This document shows positions 38,472 through 48,904 of a stretch of DNA of 64,000 nt, in pieces. The stretch lies in contig JAFWVJ010000012.1 of assembly GCA_017518295.1 (NCBI GenBank), positions 338,010 through 402,009 on the forward strand, written 5' to 3'. Source of the DNA: Clostridia bacterium (GTDB lineage: Bacteria; Bacillota; Clostridia; TANB77; UBA1234). The notes below the pieces were generated by a model. The model worked only from the letters and a program-made list of their open reading frames with translations, searched no databases and was not told the origin of the DNA. The translations under genes and the position numbers were made by a program. Numbering within the stretch: the stretch's first letter is position 1; the number at the start of each line of letters is the position of its first letter.

Positions 38472-39824
38472 ATGAGATCACCTTGGATGAGTAGTTCGTA
38501 CAAAAAAATGGATGGACTCAGACGTTTCCAGCGGAACATTGAAGGCCAAACCTTCACTATTCTGCTGAACGAAGAGATCGGCTCCTGGATGGTCTTCACC
38601 GAAGAAGACATCAAGCGTTACGATAACGATCAGCTCAATGAGCTGGAAATGGAATCTCTCTACCTGCGCGGCCTTGCTCTTGATGATCAGGGCGAAATGG
38701 TTGAGTTTGACTTCCCCAAGCCCGAAGAATATCCGAGCGTCGTTGTTGTCAACATCACTACTACCTGTAACCTTAGGTGCAAGTACTGCTTTGCTGACTG
38801 TGGCCCCATTAAGGGCGAGTTTATGAGCGAAGAAGTCATGCGGCTCCTTATCGAGCAGATGTTTCAGATGCCCACTCCTCTGGTCACTTTCGAGCTTCAG
38901 GGCGGAGAACCTCTTTGCTTCAAAGATGGCATCGAGAAGTTCTGTGAAATCTCTGAATCCCTCAAGGACAAGTATGGAAAGCGCGTTCAGTACCGCACTG
39001 TGACCAACTGTACTCTGATCGATGACAGGTTCATTGAACTTGCCAAGAAGTACAATATCATCACTGGCGTGAGCCTGGATGGTCCTAAGAAATGTACTGA
39101 CGAGCTTCGGATTCACGCTGATGGTACTGGCGCTTTCGATGATATCATGGCTGGTATCGCACGTCTTCGTGCTGCTGGTCTGGATGTCGATGGTGCTGTG
39201 TGTACTGTGGGACAGCATAACTGCTCTCACCCCAAGGAAGTCGTTGACTTCTTCGCAGAGCAGGGTATCAGTTTCAAGCCGCGTCCTGCAAACAAGCTCG
39301 GCCGTGAACTCACCAACAACACTACGACAAAAGATGGTGAATGGGCCGAATGCTACAAGCAGATGTATTATCGTAGCAAAGAAAAGGGTATCGAGAACTT
39401 CTCTATTCATATCTACGAAGAGAATATCTACACTCCCATTCGCGACTACATCTGCATGCGCTATCCCTGTGGTGCCGCACGAGAAGTTATCTCTGTGAAT
39501 CCCAATGGTGATGTGTTCCCCTGTGATGGTTTCAAGGGTGAAAAAGAGTTCGTTATCGGCAATCTGCTTCAGGAAACCCTGGTTGATATGCTGAATAAGG
39601 ACTGGGTTATCACCCTTAAGAACCGCACGGCCGCCAGTATCCCGCAGTGCAGCAAGTGCATGTTCCGTTCTATGTGCTGTTCCTGCTGCTACTCTGCTTA
39701 TGGCGAGTTCGGAACTATCTACCGCGAAGACCCCACCTGTGCTGATAGGCGCAAGATTTTCATGTTCCTGTTCGATGAATGGATCAGGCAGAACATTTTG
39801 GGCATCATGCCCAAGACTCCCTAA
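38472..39824 (+). CDS. radical SAM/SPASM-domain peptide-modifying enzyme with ~95-aa N-terminal (RRE-like) extension
   Basis: CNLRCKYCFAD CxxxCxxC motif at ~res 100; C-terminal Cys-rich SPASM-like CSKCMFRSMCCSCCY and CPCDGF; GC-rich codon usage. Confidence 0.8.
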   Translation: MRSPWMSSSYKKMDGLRRFQRNIEGQTFTILLNEEIGSWMVFTEEDIKRYDNDQLNELEMESLYLRGLALDDQGEMVEFDFPKPEEYPSVVVVNITTTCNLRCKYCFADCGPIKGEFMSEEVMRLLIEQMFQMPTPLVTFELQGGEPLCFKDGIEKFCEISESLKDKYGKRVQYRTVTNCTLIDDRFIELAKKYNIITGVSLDGPKKCTDELRIHADGTGAFDDIMAGIARLRAAGLDVDGAVCTVGQHNCSHPKEVVDFFAEQGISFKPRPANKLGRELTNNTTTKDGEWAECYKQMYYRSKEKGIENFSIHIYEENIYTPIRDYICMRYPCGAAREVISVNPNGDVFPCDGFKGEKEFVIGNLLQETLVDMLNKDWVITLKNRTAASIPQCSKCMFRSMCCSCCYSAYGEFGTIYREDPTCADRRKIFMFLFDEWIRQNILGIMPKTP

Positions 39825-39840
39825 ATAAGGAAAAGAAAAA

Positions 39841-39880
39841 GAGGCTGCCATAATTTATGGTAGCCTCTTATCTTTTTATG
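39841..39880 (+). terminator. rho-independent terminator after rSAM gene
   Basis: gaggctgccataatttatggtagcctc hairpin plus T-run. Confidence 0.45.
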
Positions 39881-39891
39881 GAGGTGAAAAA

Positions 39892-40512
39892 ATGGGATAC
39901 TATGCTGGTGATTTTGATAGATTCCTTGAAAGTCCTTATGCAATTATTGGACCAAGAGAATCTGGCAAAACAACTATCTTGAAAAGAGTTTTATCACTTG
40001 CTTATGAACAAGGATATACAATTGCTGTTTTTGATAGTTGCACAGATCATAAAGAAAAATCTATTTTGATACATGCTAAAGAAAATTATCCTGACGCAGT
40101 ATATATTCCATCACCAGAGAAAAAAGAAATATTAAACATGTATGCGATACCAGATTTTAAAAAAGGTTTTTATCCTACATCTATTATTGATAAAAAACAT
40201 GATAAAAGGATTTTTCTTTTTGACGTTGCAAAATATCTAGAAGAAGGTTACGACACAGAAGACTTAGAAGAAAGAGCAAGAATTCGGCTTTATTATAGAT
40301 GTCTCGTTCGTCAAGAGCTTTATGCTTTTGCATATTATATGCTAAGTAAAAAGATTCTTATAATTATGGATGAGATAGAACTTTTAGATACTATGTTTGA
40401 AATCATCAATACACTATATCATAATAATAAGCCAATATTACTTGCACTCCACAGTGAAGTTGCACTTTCTGGATTAAAACCATTCTTCGAGGTGATGCAT
40501 CTTGGAGAATAA
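39892..40512 (+). CDS. P-loop NTPase of unknown function
   Basis: Walker A GPRESGKTT; Walker B-like ILIIMDE; AT-rich codon usage. Confidence 0.5.
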   Translation: MGYYAGDFDRFLESPYAIIGPRESGKTTILKRVLSLAYEQGYTIAVFDSCTDHKEKSILIHAKENYPDAVYIPSPEKKEILNMYAIPDFKKGFYPTSIIDKKHDKRIFLFDVAKYLEEGYDTEDLEERARIRLYYRCLVRQELYAFAYYMLSKKILIIMDEIELLDTMFEIINTLYHNNKPILLALHSEVALSGLKPFFEVMHLGE

Positions 40513-41065
40513 ATCATATCCAAAACCTACTGATATGTTGTGTGGAAGTGCATGTCTATATTATCTTGCAACTCAAGTTTTTAATGTGCCATGTGATGAT
40601 TTGCCAAATGATTATATGTGGATAACTGATATTGCTTCTTATGTGATCAAGCATTTTGATAAAAGAGCAACACTATCCTGCTTTGAAAGTAATCTATATA
40701 ACGATTATAAAAAAGCAAACTTCAATATGATTCCTTGCTTTGAAGGATTCAAAAAAGTAGATGCATTTTTAAAAAGCGGAAAAGAAATCGAAGAAAAAGA
40801 AATTACAGAAAAAGAAATAGATACTCTACTCAAAAGATATAGAATAGCTCTTTTAAATGTATCGTCTGCTGTATTTAATCAAGATGCAAAGATGCGAGGC
40901 GGCCATTATATAATTATAATTGGCGAAAAAAATGATGAATATCTTATTGTAAATCCTTGCAAAACAAGTATTACTGAACTTTGGTATCCAAAAGAAATAA
41001 TATTAGATGCAGCTACTTGTTTTGGAAGCTGGATGATAACAATCTTAAACTATAAAAAGAGATAA
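40502..41065 (+). CDS. papain-like cysteine peptidase, C39-like (bacteriocin-processing-type fold), standalone
   Basis: candidate catalytic Cys in LCGSACLYY and His in GGHYIIIIG; overlaps upstream gene by 11 nt. Confidence 0.45.
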   Translation: MENKSYPKPTDMLCGSACLYYLATQVFNVPCDDLPNDYMWITDIASYVIKHFDKRATLSCFESNLYNDYKKANFNMIPCFEGFKKVDAFLKSGKEIEEKEITEKEIDTLLKRYRIALLNVSSAVFNQDAKMRGGHYIIIIGEKNDEYLIVNPCKTSITELWYPKEIILDAATCFGSWMITILNYKKR

Positions 41066-41089
41066 TCCTTTTGGGGATTATCTCTTTTT

Positions 41090-41638
41090 TTAACCTTCTA
41101 AAAATTCACATACTTTTTTAAATACATTATCTCCTCTATTAATTTTAATTGCATACATACCAGCTTTGATTGCACCATCAACATTTTCTTGATTATCATC
41201 TACAAACAAAAACTCTTCTGGTTTTAATTTATAATATTTTATTATTTCTCTATAGAAGTTTAAATGAGGTTTTACTTTATTCATTTTTGCTGAAACGAAT
41301 ATCTTATCTATATGCTTTATATCTAATGTTTCTTTAATATGTTTTTCAATATATGAAATATGATTTGTGCCAATAGCAAATATAATATCGGGATATTTTT
41401 TATTAAGTCTAGAAAATAAGTCTTTATCTTTTATCTCATATAATATATCTATTATATTTTTTGCAGTTTTTAAAGCCTTTGCAGAGTTTGGTTCTATCTT
41501 GTTAACTTGTTTTGCATATTTTTCGTCACTATAATTTTTGCCAAAGAATCTTTCTAACTTATCTTCTACATCAGTTAACTCAATATCCTTTTCTCTAACT
41601 AAAACACCACCATAATCAAAAACAATAACTTTAATCAT
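41090..41638 (-). CDS. HAD-superfamily hydrolase
   Basis: MIKVIVFDYGGVL DxD motif; SD aaaggag before ATG 41638; ORF-track N-terminal extension runs through repeat. Confidence 0.7.
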   Translation of the reverse strand: MIKVIVFDYGGVLVREKDIELTDVEDKLERFFGKNYSDEKYAKQVNKIEPNSAKALKTAKNIIDILYEIKDKDLFSRLNKKYPDIIFAIGTNHISYIEKHIKETLDIKHIDKIFVSAKMNKVKPHLNFYREIIKYYKLKPEEFLFVDDNQENVDGAIKAGMYAIKINRGDNVFKKVCEFLEG

Positions 41639-41650
41639 ATCTGCTCCTTT

Positions 41651-41702
41651 TGTACCGGCGGTCATCGACTGCCATGAGACTTGGGGACGTTCCCCAAGTC
41701 TC
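41651..41702. repeat. REP-like unit fused to 27-bp perfect palindrome
   Basis: gtaccggcggtcatcgactgccat + gagacttggggacgttccccaagtctc. Confidence 0.7.
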
Positions 41703-43071
41703 ATTTTGAAATTGCAACTTCGATTGCTTCTCTTATAGTTCTAACGCCTGTTACTTTAATATTAGGTTTATACTTGATTTGTTTTAAAGCACTTTGTGGA
41801 ACTATAATTTCTTCAAATCCCATTCTCTCAGCTTCTTTAACTCTTTTTTCTAATTGACTAACCGATCTTATTTCGCCAGTTAATCCGACTTCTCCGACAG
41901 CAACCAAATTTTTACTAATCGGCATATTTTTATAGCTTGATGCAAGCGAAAGAGCAATAGCTAAATCTGCAGCAGGTTCATCTAATTTAATACCTGATAC
42001 TACATTTACATATGCATCTTGATTGCTAAGAGGTAAGTTTGCTCTTTTTTCTAAAACAGCAAGTAATAAAACTAATCTATTAAATTCAACTCCTATTCCT
42101 GTTCTACGAGCCATACCATAAGCAGTAGGAGTAACTAATGCTTGAACTTCAATTAGCATAGTACGAGTGCCTTCTAAAGTTGCGACTATTACAGATCCTG
42201 AAGGATTACCAGCACGATCAGATATCATTATATCCGAAGGATCACTTATCTCGCACATACCTTCTTCACGCATTTCAAAAATTCCAACTTCATTTGTTGA
42301 ACCAAATCTATTTTTTGCTCCTCTTAAAACTCTATAAGAGAAAAATCTTTCACCTTCAATATATAAAACAGCATCAACCATATGTTCCAAAACTCTAGGG
42401 CCAGCAATACTACCGTCTTTTGTAACGTGACCAATTATGATTGTAGTGATGTTTTGCTTTTTGCAAGTCATCATTATTTTGGCAGTTACTTCTCTTACTT
42501 GTGAAACACTTCCAGGAGCTGCTGGAATATCATCACTATAGATTGTTTGAATTGAGTCGATGATTACTAAACCAGGCTTAATATTTTCAATCGCTTCATC
42601 TATAAGACTCATCGACGTTTCACCTAAGAAGAAAATACTATCATTATCAATGTTCAATCTATCGGCACGCATTTTTATTTGTGAGCCAGATTCTTCTCCT
42701 GATACATATAAAATAGGACCATTAACTTTGACTTTATCGCAAATTTGCAAAATTAAAGTAGACTTACCAATACCAGGTTCACCGCCTAATAGAACAAGCG
42801 AACCTTGTACCAAACCACCGCCTAAAACTCTATCTAATTCATCATAACCAGTTTTGTATCTTTCATAATTATTTGTTTCTACATCTTTAAGCTTAAGTAT
42901 ATTTGCTTTAGTCGCAGTAGTTCTTGCTCCTAGACCAGAGGTTACTTTTGAATCTGCTACCTTTTGTTCAAAAAATGAATTCCACTCTCCACACGCTGGA
43001 CACTTACCTAGCCACTTAGTGCTTTCATTTCCACAATTATTACATACAAAAATTACCTTACTTTTAGCCAT
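41701..43071 (-). CDS. radA: DNA repair protein RadA/Sms
   Basis: zinc finger CNNCGNESTKWLGKCPACGEW; Walker A GEPGIGKSTL; KNRFG motif; Lon-like C-terminus. Confidence 0.9.
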   Translation of the reverse strand: MAKSKVIFVCNNCGNESTKWLGKCPACGEWNSFFEQKVADSKVTSGLGARTTATKANILKLKDVETNNYERYKTGYDELDRVLGGGLVQGSLVLLGGEPGIGKSTLILQICDKVKVNGPILYVSGEESGSQIKMRADRLNIDNDSIFFLGETSMSLIDEAIENIKPGLVIIDSIQTIYSDDIPAAPGSVSQVREVTAKIMMTCKKQNITTIIIGHVTKDGSIAGPRVLEHMVDAVLYIEGERFFSYRVLRGAKNRFGSTNEVGIFEMREEGMCEISDPSDIMISDRAGNPSGSVIVATLEGTRTMLIEVQALVTPTAYGMARRTGIGVEFNRLVLLLAVLEKRANLPLSNQDAYVNVVSGIKLDEPAADLAIALSLASSYKNMPISKNLVAVGEVGLTGEIRSVSQLEKRVKEAERMGFEEIIVPQSALKQIKYKPNIKVTGVRTIREAIEVAISK

Positions 43072-43126
43072 TACTACTCCTTACCTAATTCGAAAAGAAG
43101 AATCAATTATTTATATCAATCTCTTC

Positions 43127-43672
43127 TTAAACAAAAGTTGAAATCATCACATTTATTATATTATAAATAATAATTTGATTTGAGACTTTCTCTCTTTCTC
43201 TATCATTTAACTCATTATTTTTAAGTTTCAAAATCGTTTTAACAACAAAATCTAGTGAATAAAGTGCCTTTATAACTAAAATTGCACTAGCTAAATACAT
43301 AAATACTGGATCTTGCGAAAATAAAATTATAAATAATACAACGTCAAAAATTAATGCAAATATTATTCCAGTTGCGAAATCAAAAACCATCATAAAATCA
43401 CTATAATTCTTTTTAATTAAAGCTACTATCGAAAGAACTATTTGAATAATAGCAATAAAAAAAGAAAAAATTACAATAATAAAAAATGGTATCGTATCAT
43501 TACTAAGAGGTTTTACTCTTATATCTGTTAATTTGTAACTTAAATACGCGCATATCATTATTATTCCCAACACAAGAGGAATAATATATACAAATATTTT
43601 GGTAAATAATAAAAATGTTTTAGATCTCATTAGTTTTTTCTTAGGTTCATTTTTTTCCATTTTGTCCTCCAC
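43127..43672 (-). CDS. hypothetical multi-pass membrane protein
   Basis: 4-5 hydrophobic helices; no motif recognised. Confidence 0.45.
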   Translation of the reverse strand: MEDKMEKNEPKKKLMRSKTFLLFTKIFVYIIPLVLGIIMICAYLSYKLTDIRVKPLSNDTIPFFIIVIFSFFIAIIQIVLSIVALIKKNYSDFMMVFDFATGIIFALIFDVVLFIILFSQDPVFMYLASAILVIKALYSLDFVVKTILKLKNNELNDREREKVSNQIIIYNIINVMISTFV

Positions 43673-43724
43673 ACTATTGTCTTAAATAATTAGATTTACT
43701 TCAGAAAAGCATAACTATTTCCTT

Positions 43725-45464
43725 CTAATGTAATTTTTTACCAACTATAATATAAAGTGCATGGCTCCATGAAAGTCCTACAATCCAAGCAGGTTTGTCA
43801 GAGTTTCTATCTATTTGCTCTGCTAAAAATCCTTTATCATCCTGGTGCATAGTAACCCAGTTATATAATTCTCTTGCTTTGTCAAAATTTCCTGCTTCTA
43901 TATAGTAAAGTGCAAGCCAAAGTGAAGAAATAATCCAAGCATTTCCTCCCATATAGCCATCATTTGCATATCTTAAATATCCACCATTTGGAAGTTTAAG
44001 GTCATTTTCAATTTTATTTAAAGTATTAATAGCCACTTGATCATCATAATTAACAACATTAAATGGAGTAACCGCTCCCAAAAGTGAAATATCTGTTTCA
44101 CTGTTAAATTTACTTCTAACAAACATATTGTCTTTTACAAATTCATTTTTGATTGCTTCTAATATTTTTGGTTGAAGAATATCTATTTCACAAATCAAAT
44201 GATTATATTCTGGAAAATCCTTAAGCACATCTCTACCCATTTCTAAAGCATAATAAATGCTTCCCGTTGAATATAAATGGCTATCTTTTCTTTCTTCCCA
44301 AAGATCATAGCAAGGTTTAGAAATAAAGTTTTCATTTAAAAAATTAATCATTCCGACAACTGCTTTTTCTACTATTCTAAAATAATCTTTTTTATTTGAA
44401 AGTTTAGAAATACCTATAACCATGCTTGCTGTTTCATCTATTTGAACTCCCCAAGAAGGAGCAAGCTCACCATTTGAATAATATCTTTGTTCAAATAAGC
44501 CGTTTGAAAGTTGAGTCTTTTCTGCCCAGATAGAATAAAATTTATTAACGTCTTCTTCCATGCCGAGTTCCATCATTGCTTCATTTATAAACAAAGCATC
44601 TCTTGGCCAGCAATAGCCATATCTTCCACATTTAGAAAATCTTTCGTCTACATCTGGACTTGCCAAAACAGCCCCAGTAGATTTATTTGTAAGCAAAGCA
44701 TACATTAAAATTGTTCTTTCAATTATATCTATCTCTCTATTTGTAAACTCTTTATTTTCTATATAATAGTTAAGATGGTCTTCTAAAAATTCTCTCCAAT
44801 ATTTTTTGACATCTGAATATAACTCTTCTTCATTTTGCTTTTTTAAAAATTCAATTTGTGCAAAAGATTTCTTAAGTTCACTTTCCAAAGCAATATATAA
44901 TGTAATTTCTTTTGATTCTTCATAAAGAACTGCAGAATCATCCGACATACCAATATAATCTTCTAACTTTAAATCAGCTCTATCTACATTATCTCTTACA
45001 TTATTAATTTGAGATTTAATAATCTTATGATTTGAAGTAGTAGTCATATAAAAATCTGGTGCATATTGAATAAGACTATTTCCAACGCACATACCAGAAA
45101 CTAGTTTATCTGGAGTAGAATTAACTTTTGAATACACCATCAAAGATAAAGGCTGATTAAACTTTATTTTTCTTACTAAGATATTTTTATCTATTAAAGC
45201 ATAATCTCTAATTAATATATCTACATCATTCATTTTTAACTTAGTATAAATGATATTGCCATCATAATACTGATTAACCAAAAAAGCGTATTTAAACCAT
45301 TCAACATGATCGCCATTTGGGTACACAAATCCAAGGCTATATGTATCTATATTTTGAAAATAGTCAATATATGGATAATATAGTCTTATTAATTCTGCTT
45401 TCTCATCTAAGCAAGCAAGTATATTTCCATTACCAATAATGGCTTTGTTGAAATACTTTTCCAT
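43725..45464 (-). CDS. glycoside hydrolase family 15-like (glucoamylase/trehalase-type (alpha/alpha)6 barrel) protein
   Basis: AIIGNGNILACLDEKAELIRLYYP N-terminus; CWPRDALF and LWEERKDSH segments. Confidence 0.65.
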   Translation of the reverse strand: MEKYFNKAIIGNGNILACLDEKAELIRLYYPYIDYFQNIDTYSLGFVYPNGDHVEWFKYAFLVNQYYDGNIIYTKLKMNDVDILIRDYALIDKNILVRKIKFNQPLSLMVYSKVNSTPDKLVSGMCVGNSLIQYAPDFYMTTTSNHKIIKSQINNVRDNVDRADLKLEDYIGMSDDSAVLYEESKEITLYIALESELKKSFAQIEFLKKQNEEELYSDVKKYWREFLEDHLNYYIENKEFTNREIDIIERTILMYALLTNKSTGAVLASPDVDERFSKCGRYGYCWPRDALFINEAMMELGMEEDVNKFYSIWAEKTQLSNGLFEQRYYSNGELAPSWGVQIDETASMVIGISKLSNKKDYFRIVEKAVVGMINFLNENFISKPCYDLWEERKDSHLYSTGSIYYALEMGRDVLKDFPEYNHLICEIDILQPKILEAIKNEFVKDNMFVRSKFNSETDISLLGAVTPFNVVNYDDQVAINTLNKIENDLKLPNGGYLRYANDGYMGGNAWIISSLWLALYYIEAGNFDKARELYNWVTMHQDDKGFLAEQIDRNSDKPAWIVGLSWSHALYIIVGKKLH

Positions 45465-45490
45465 TTTTTCTCCTTAGTTATTTATAATTA

Positions 45491-46474
45491 TTAAAATTCA
45501 TTACCTAAAGCAAAAAAGCCATACAATAAATATACAATTATAACAAAAAATGCTAATCCAATAAGCCTTTTTGAATGTTCTTTAAAATTTATTGTTTTAA
45601 CATAGTCTTTATATGTTTTTACAAATTCTACTAAAACAAGAATAGATACAATTCCTAATGCTAAATAAATACAGCTTATGCCAATATGCCCATTATTAAT
45701 TAACAATTCACTTATCGATTCTATAAATAAAATAATAATTATAGGTACGGAAGATGTTACCATAAAAATAAGTTCTAAAAGTGCATTTTTCTTTGAATAC
45801 TCTTTAGCAAACAAAAGAATAAAGTTTGATAAAATGTAATAAGCAAACAAGATAGATACAAACAATCCAAGTATAAAGTAAAAAATGTTATTAATTTCTA
45901 ATTTTCTAGTTTTCTCATTTGAAGAAGTAGTATTAAATAGTTTATCATCGTAATTCACTTTAGGTATTGTTCTAGAATAAGAACTAGTAGGATCTTTTTC
46001 TACAATTCTAATTCTACTAATAGAACCATAGTCTTCGTATAAAGATACTATTTCTATGTCATATCTACAAGTATTCTTAATAATATTTGCTGAAATGTTG
46101 TCATATTCAGAATTTATATCTTCACTTGCTTCAAGTCCGTAATAATAAAGTATAATTTTGCCATAATTATCTATTTCTTCTTGATTCATGTTATGATGTG
46201 TTACTTGCGCGATAAGTGCTTTTGTTTCTGAAGGTTTTCTATTTGTTCCCGCAAACATATAATACATTGAATTATATGAGCTAATATAATATGTATTTAG
46301 CTGATGCGTTGAATTACTGCAATTACTGTCTCCAACAGAAATGATAATAAGGATTACGCCAATAAGTAAAGCAATTATTGATAGTAATATCTTTATTATT
46401 ACTGTTATTTTTTCACATTTTCCAAGTATATTATCTTCTTCATCCTGAACTTTAGTATCATTAGTATCTTCCAC
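45491..46474 (-). CDS. hypothetical membrane protein
   Basis: N-terminal TM, C-terminal multi-TM; no motif. Confidence 0.45.
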   Translation of the reverse strand: MEDTNDTKVQDEEDNILGKCEKITVIIKILLSIIALLIGVILIIISVGDSNCSNSTHQLNTYYISSYNSMYYMFAGTNRKPSETKALIAQVTHHNMNQEEIDNYGKIILYYYGLEASEDINSEYDNISANIIKNTCRYDIEIVSLYEDYGSISRIRIVEKDPTSSYSRTIPKVNYDDKLFNTTSSNEKTRKLEINNIFYFILGLFVSILFAYYILSNFILLFAKEYSKKNALLELIFMVTSSVPIIIILFIESISELLINNGHIGISCIYLALGIVSILVLVEFVKTYKDYVKTINFKEHSKRLIGLAFFVIIVYLLYGFFALGNEF

Positions 46475-46486
46475 CTATATGGCCTC

Positions 46487-47419
46487 CTATTTAAAATACT
46501 CCATTCTTTCTTTTCTATTATACTTAACTAACTTCATATGTATTAATACGATTAACAAATTAAATACAAAGAATATGCCAATTAAAAGTAAAAAGTTTGC
46601 AAAATAAACTTGCATAGGCTGCGTTGAATCAAAGTTCATTAATTTCATTACTTTTGATTCAAAATTCATCAATAGAAAAACGCGAATAAGGAAAAACAAA
46701 AAATATACAAAGTACGATGCACCTAACACTATTTTACAAGTTTCTAACTTAATCGAATGTGTGTGCATAATTTCAAATTCTTCTGCCTTTGGATCACCTT
46801 TAATCAGCGATCTAATTAAATAATAAAAATATTCTTCATGGATCCTTTGAGAAATTCTTTTTTCTATTATAATACTTCCAACCATAAGAACTGATGATAA
46901 TATTAAAAATGAAAGACTAATTACAAACATTGTGTTAGATGAAACATCTATAGATAATCCAATATTGGTATTCATTAAAGGATTAAAAAATATAATACTT
47001 GCAATAGACAAAACAATTAAAATTGCTGAAAAAGCGATAAGTAATTTATATAAAATACCAAAGAGCGATCCTGGTTTATCATTTCTAGTTTCTATATTAT
47101 TAAAATTAACCATTTGTCTATTAAATACAGAGTCAATCAACTTTTTGGTTTTATTTATTTCTGGATTTGGATCTTCAGTTTCAAAGTAATCATTAACATC
47201 GCTTATTTGCTTTTTACTCATAAATCTTGCCATCATTTCGTTGAGCTCTGAATTAACCAAATTATAGCTATTAATTAACTTTTCACTATCTTCGCCAGTA
47301 TATTTTGATACTTTTTTTAAATAGTCAATTTCAAAATCTACAGTTTCCTGATTTGGTATTCTATATGATAAAAAAGGATTATATTCTGAATTAACATATC
47401 CATAGTCTTCATAAGCCAT
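46487..47419 (-). CDS. hypothetical membrane protein
   Basis: similar architecture to 45491-46474 (soluble N-domain, C-terminal TM bundle). Confidence 0.45.
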   Translation of the reverse strand: MAYEDYGYVNSEYNPFLSYRIPNQETVDFEIDYLKKVSKYTGEDSEKLINSYNLVNSELNEMMARFMSKKQISDVNDYFETEDPNPEINKTKKLIDSVFNRQMVNFNNIETRNDKPGSLFGILYKLLIAFSAILIVLSIASIIFFNPLMNTNIGLSIDVSSNTMFVISLSFLILSSVLMVGSIIIEKRISQRIHEEYFYYLIRSLIKGDPKAEEFEIMHTHSIKLETCKIVLGASYFVYFLFFLIRVFLLMNFESKVMKLMNFDSTQPMQVYFANFLLLIGIFFVFNLLIVLIHMKLVKYNRKERMEYFK

Positions 47420-47439
47420 ATTAAATAATCATCCTCCAA

Positions 47440-48687
47440 TTATTCTTTTCCTAATAATTTAAACATCTCTTTTTTGTACGCTTCTACTCCTGGTTGATTA
47501 AATGGATTTACTCCAAGCATATAGCCAGAAATTCCGCATGCTCTTTCAAAGAAATAAATTAGCCAACCAATATTAAATTCATCTAATCTATCTATCTTAA
47601 TTCTAATGTTTGGCACATTACCATCAACGTGCGCTTTGATAGTTCCTTCCATAGCCATATGATTAACATCATTTAAAGACTTAGCAGATAAAAAGTCTAA
47701 ATCTTTATCTGATTGAACAGGTATTTTGTAATCTCTATATGGATTTGCTATATCGATTACAGTTTCAAACATCATTCTTTGTCCTTCTTGTATATATTGT
47801 CCCATAGAATGAAGATCAGTAGTATTATCTACACCAGCTGGAAAGATTCCTTTACCATCTTTTCCTTCACTTTCGCCAAAAAGCTGTTTCCACCATTCTG
47901 TAAAATAATGAAGTTTTGGTTCATAATTAACCATTATCTCTATATTTCTTCCCTTTTTAAGAAGAGCATTTCTTAAAATTGCATATGTATATGCTTCATT
48001 ATCTAATAAGTTTTCATATTTTTGCATTGCTTGTGAAGCGCCTAGCATTAATGTATCTATATTTATTCCAGCAACTGCAATTGGAAGAAGTCCAACTGGA
48101 GTAAGCACAGAATATCTACCACCTATATTATCTGGTACAATAAATGTTTCGTAGCCTTCATCCATTGCTTCTCTTTTTAGAATTCCTTTTTCTTTATCTG
48201 TTGTTATATATATTCTTTCTCTTGCACCATCTTTACCATATTTTTGAGTTAATAATTCTTTTAGTATACTAAATGCAATCGCAGGCTCAGTAGTAGTTCC
48301 AGATTTAGAAATAACATTTATAGAAAAATCTCTATCTTTTATAAATTCTACTAAATCATTTATATAATCAGGGCTCATATTGTTTCCCGCAAACAAAACA
48401 TTCTTTTGTCTAAATGTATGTGAAAGAGCTTCTATTACAGCTCTCGCACCCAAATATGATCCACCAATACCTACGACTACTAAATAATCAGAATCTCTTC
48501 TAATCTTCGCTGCCGCTTGTTTTAATCTTTCTATTTCTTCTTTATCATATTCTAAATTAACCCAGCCTAAAAAATCTGATCCTTCGCCAGTTTTATTGGT
48601 TAATTTTTCATGTGCTTCTTGAACTTTTTTTGCATACTTACTAATTTCACTATCTGTAATCATAGAATTTTCGTAAATTAGTTCCAT
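47440..48687 (-). CDS. pgi: glucose-6-phosphate isomerase
   Basis: [19 protein letters not shown] and downstream SIS motifs; start MELIYEN (ORF-track extended). Confidence 0.85.
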   Translation of the reverse strand: MELIYENSMITDSEISKYAKKVQEAHEKLTNKTGEGSDFLGWVNLEYDKEEIERLKQAAAKIRRDSDYLVVVGIGGSYLGARAVIEALSHTFRQKNVLFAGNNMSPDYINDLVEFIKDRDFSINVISKSGTTTEPAIAFSILKELLTQKYGKDGARERIYITTDKEKGILKREAMDEGYETFIVPDNIGGRYSVLTPVGLLPIAVAGINIDTLMLGASQAMQKYENLLDNEAYTYAILRNALLKKGRNIEIMVNYEPKLHYFTEWWKQLFGESEGKDGKGIFPAGVDNTTDLHSMGQYIQEGQRMMFETVIDIANPYRDYKIPVQSDKDLDFLSAKSLNDVNHMAMEGTIKAHVDGNVPNIRIKIDRLDEFNIGWLIYFFERACGISGYMLGVNPFNQPGVEAYKKEMFKLLGKE

Positions 48688-48862
48688 ACATTTTCGCCCT
48701 TTCTTTCGTACAAAATAATCCAAAATAATTATATCATAATGAGTTACAATAAACACAACTTTTTTAGTTAAAATATGATACATTCTGTTGTGTGTAACTT
48801 TTTAAAAGTAGGAGGTCCCGCAGGGATGGTGAGGCTGGCTTTTAAAAAGTTATACACAATAG

Positions 48863-48896
48863 GATGCAGCAAAAAAGAACCGCTAAAAATAGCGGT
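48863..48896 (-). terminator. rho-independent terminator after DivIVA-like gene
   Basis: agaaccgctatttttagcggttct hairpin plus tttttt on minus strand. Confidence 0.55.
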
Positions 48897-48904
48897 TCTA
48901 GTGA

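Noticed and set aside
38478-39851. 457-aa minus-strand ORF antisense to the radical SAM gene (also 38638-38826 and 39079-39498 plus-strand ORFs)
   Set aside because: GC-rich sequence yields long stop-free antisense frames. The translation is low-complexity with no motifs, while the sense frame has clear rSAM/SPASM motifs and an SD.
39892-41065. Assigning the P-loop NTPase and C39-like peptidase as integral parts of the RiPP cluster
   Set aside because: This is kept only as a possibility. Their AT-rich codon usage differs sharply from the peptide/rSAM pair, and the peptide lacks a Gly-Gly leader, so the linkage may be coincidental.
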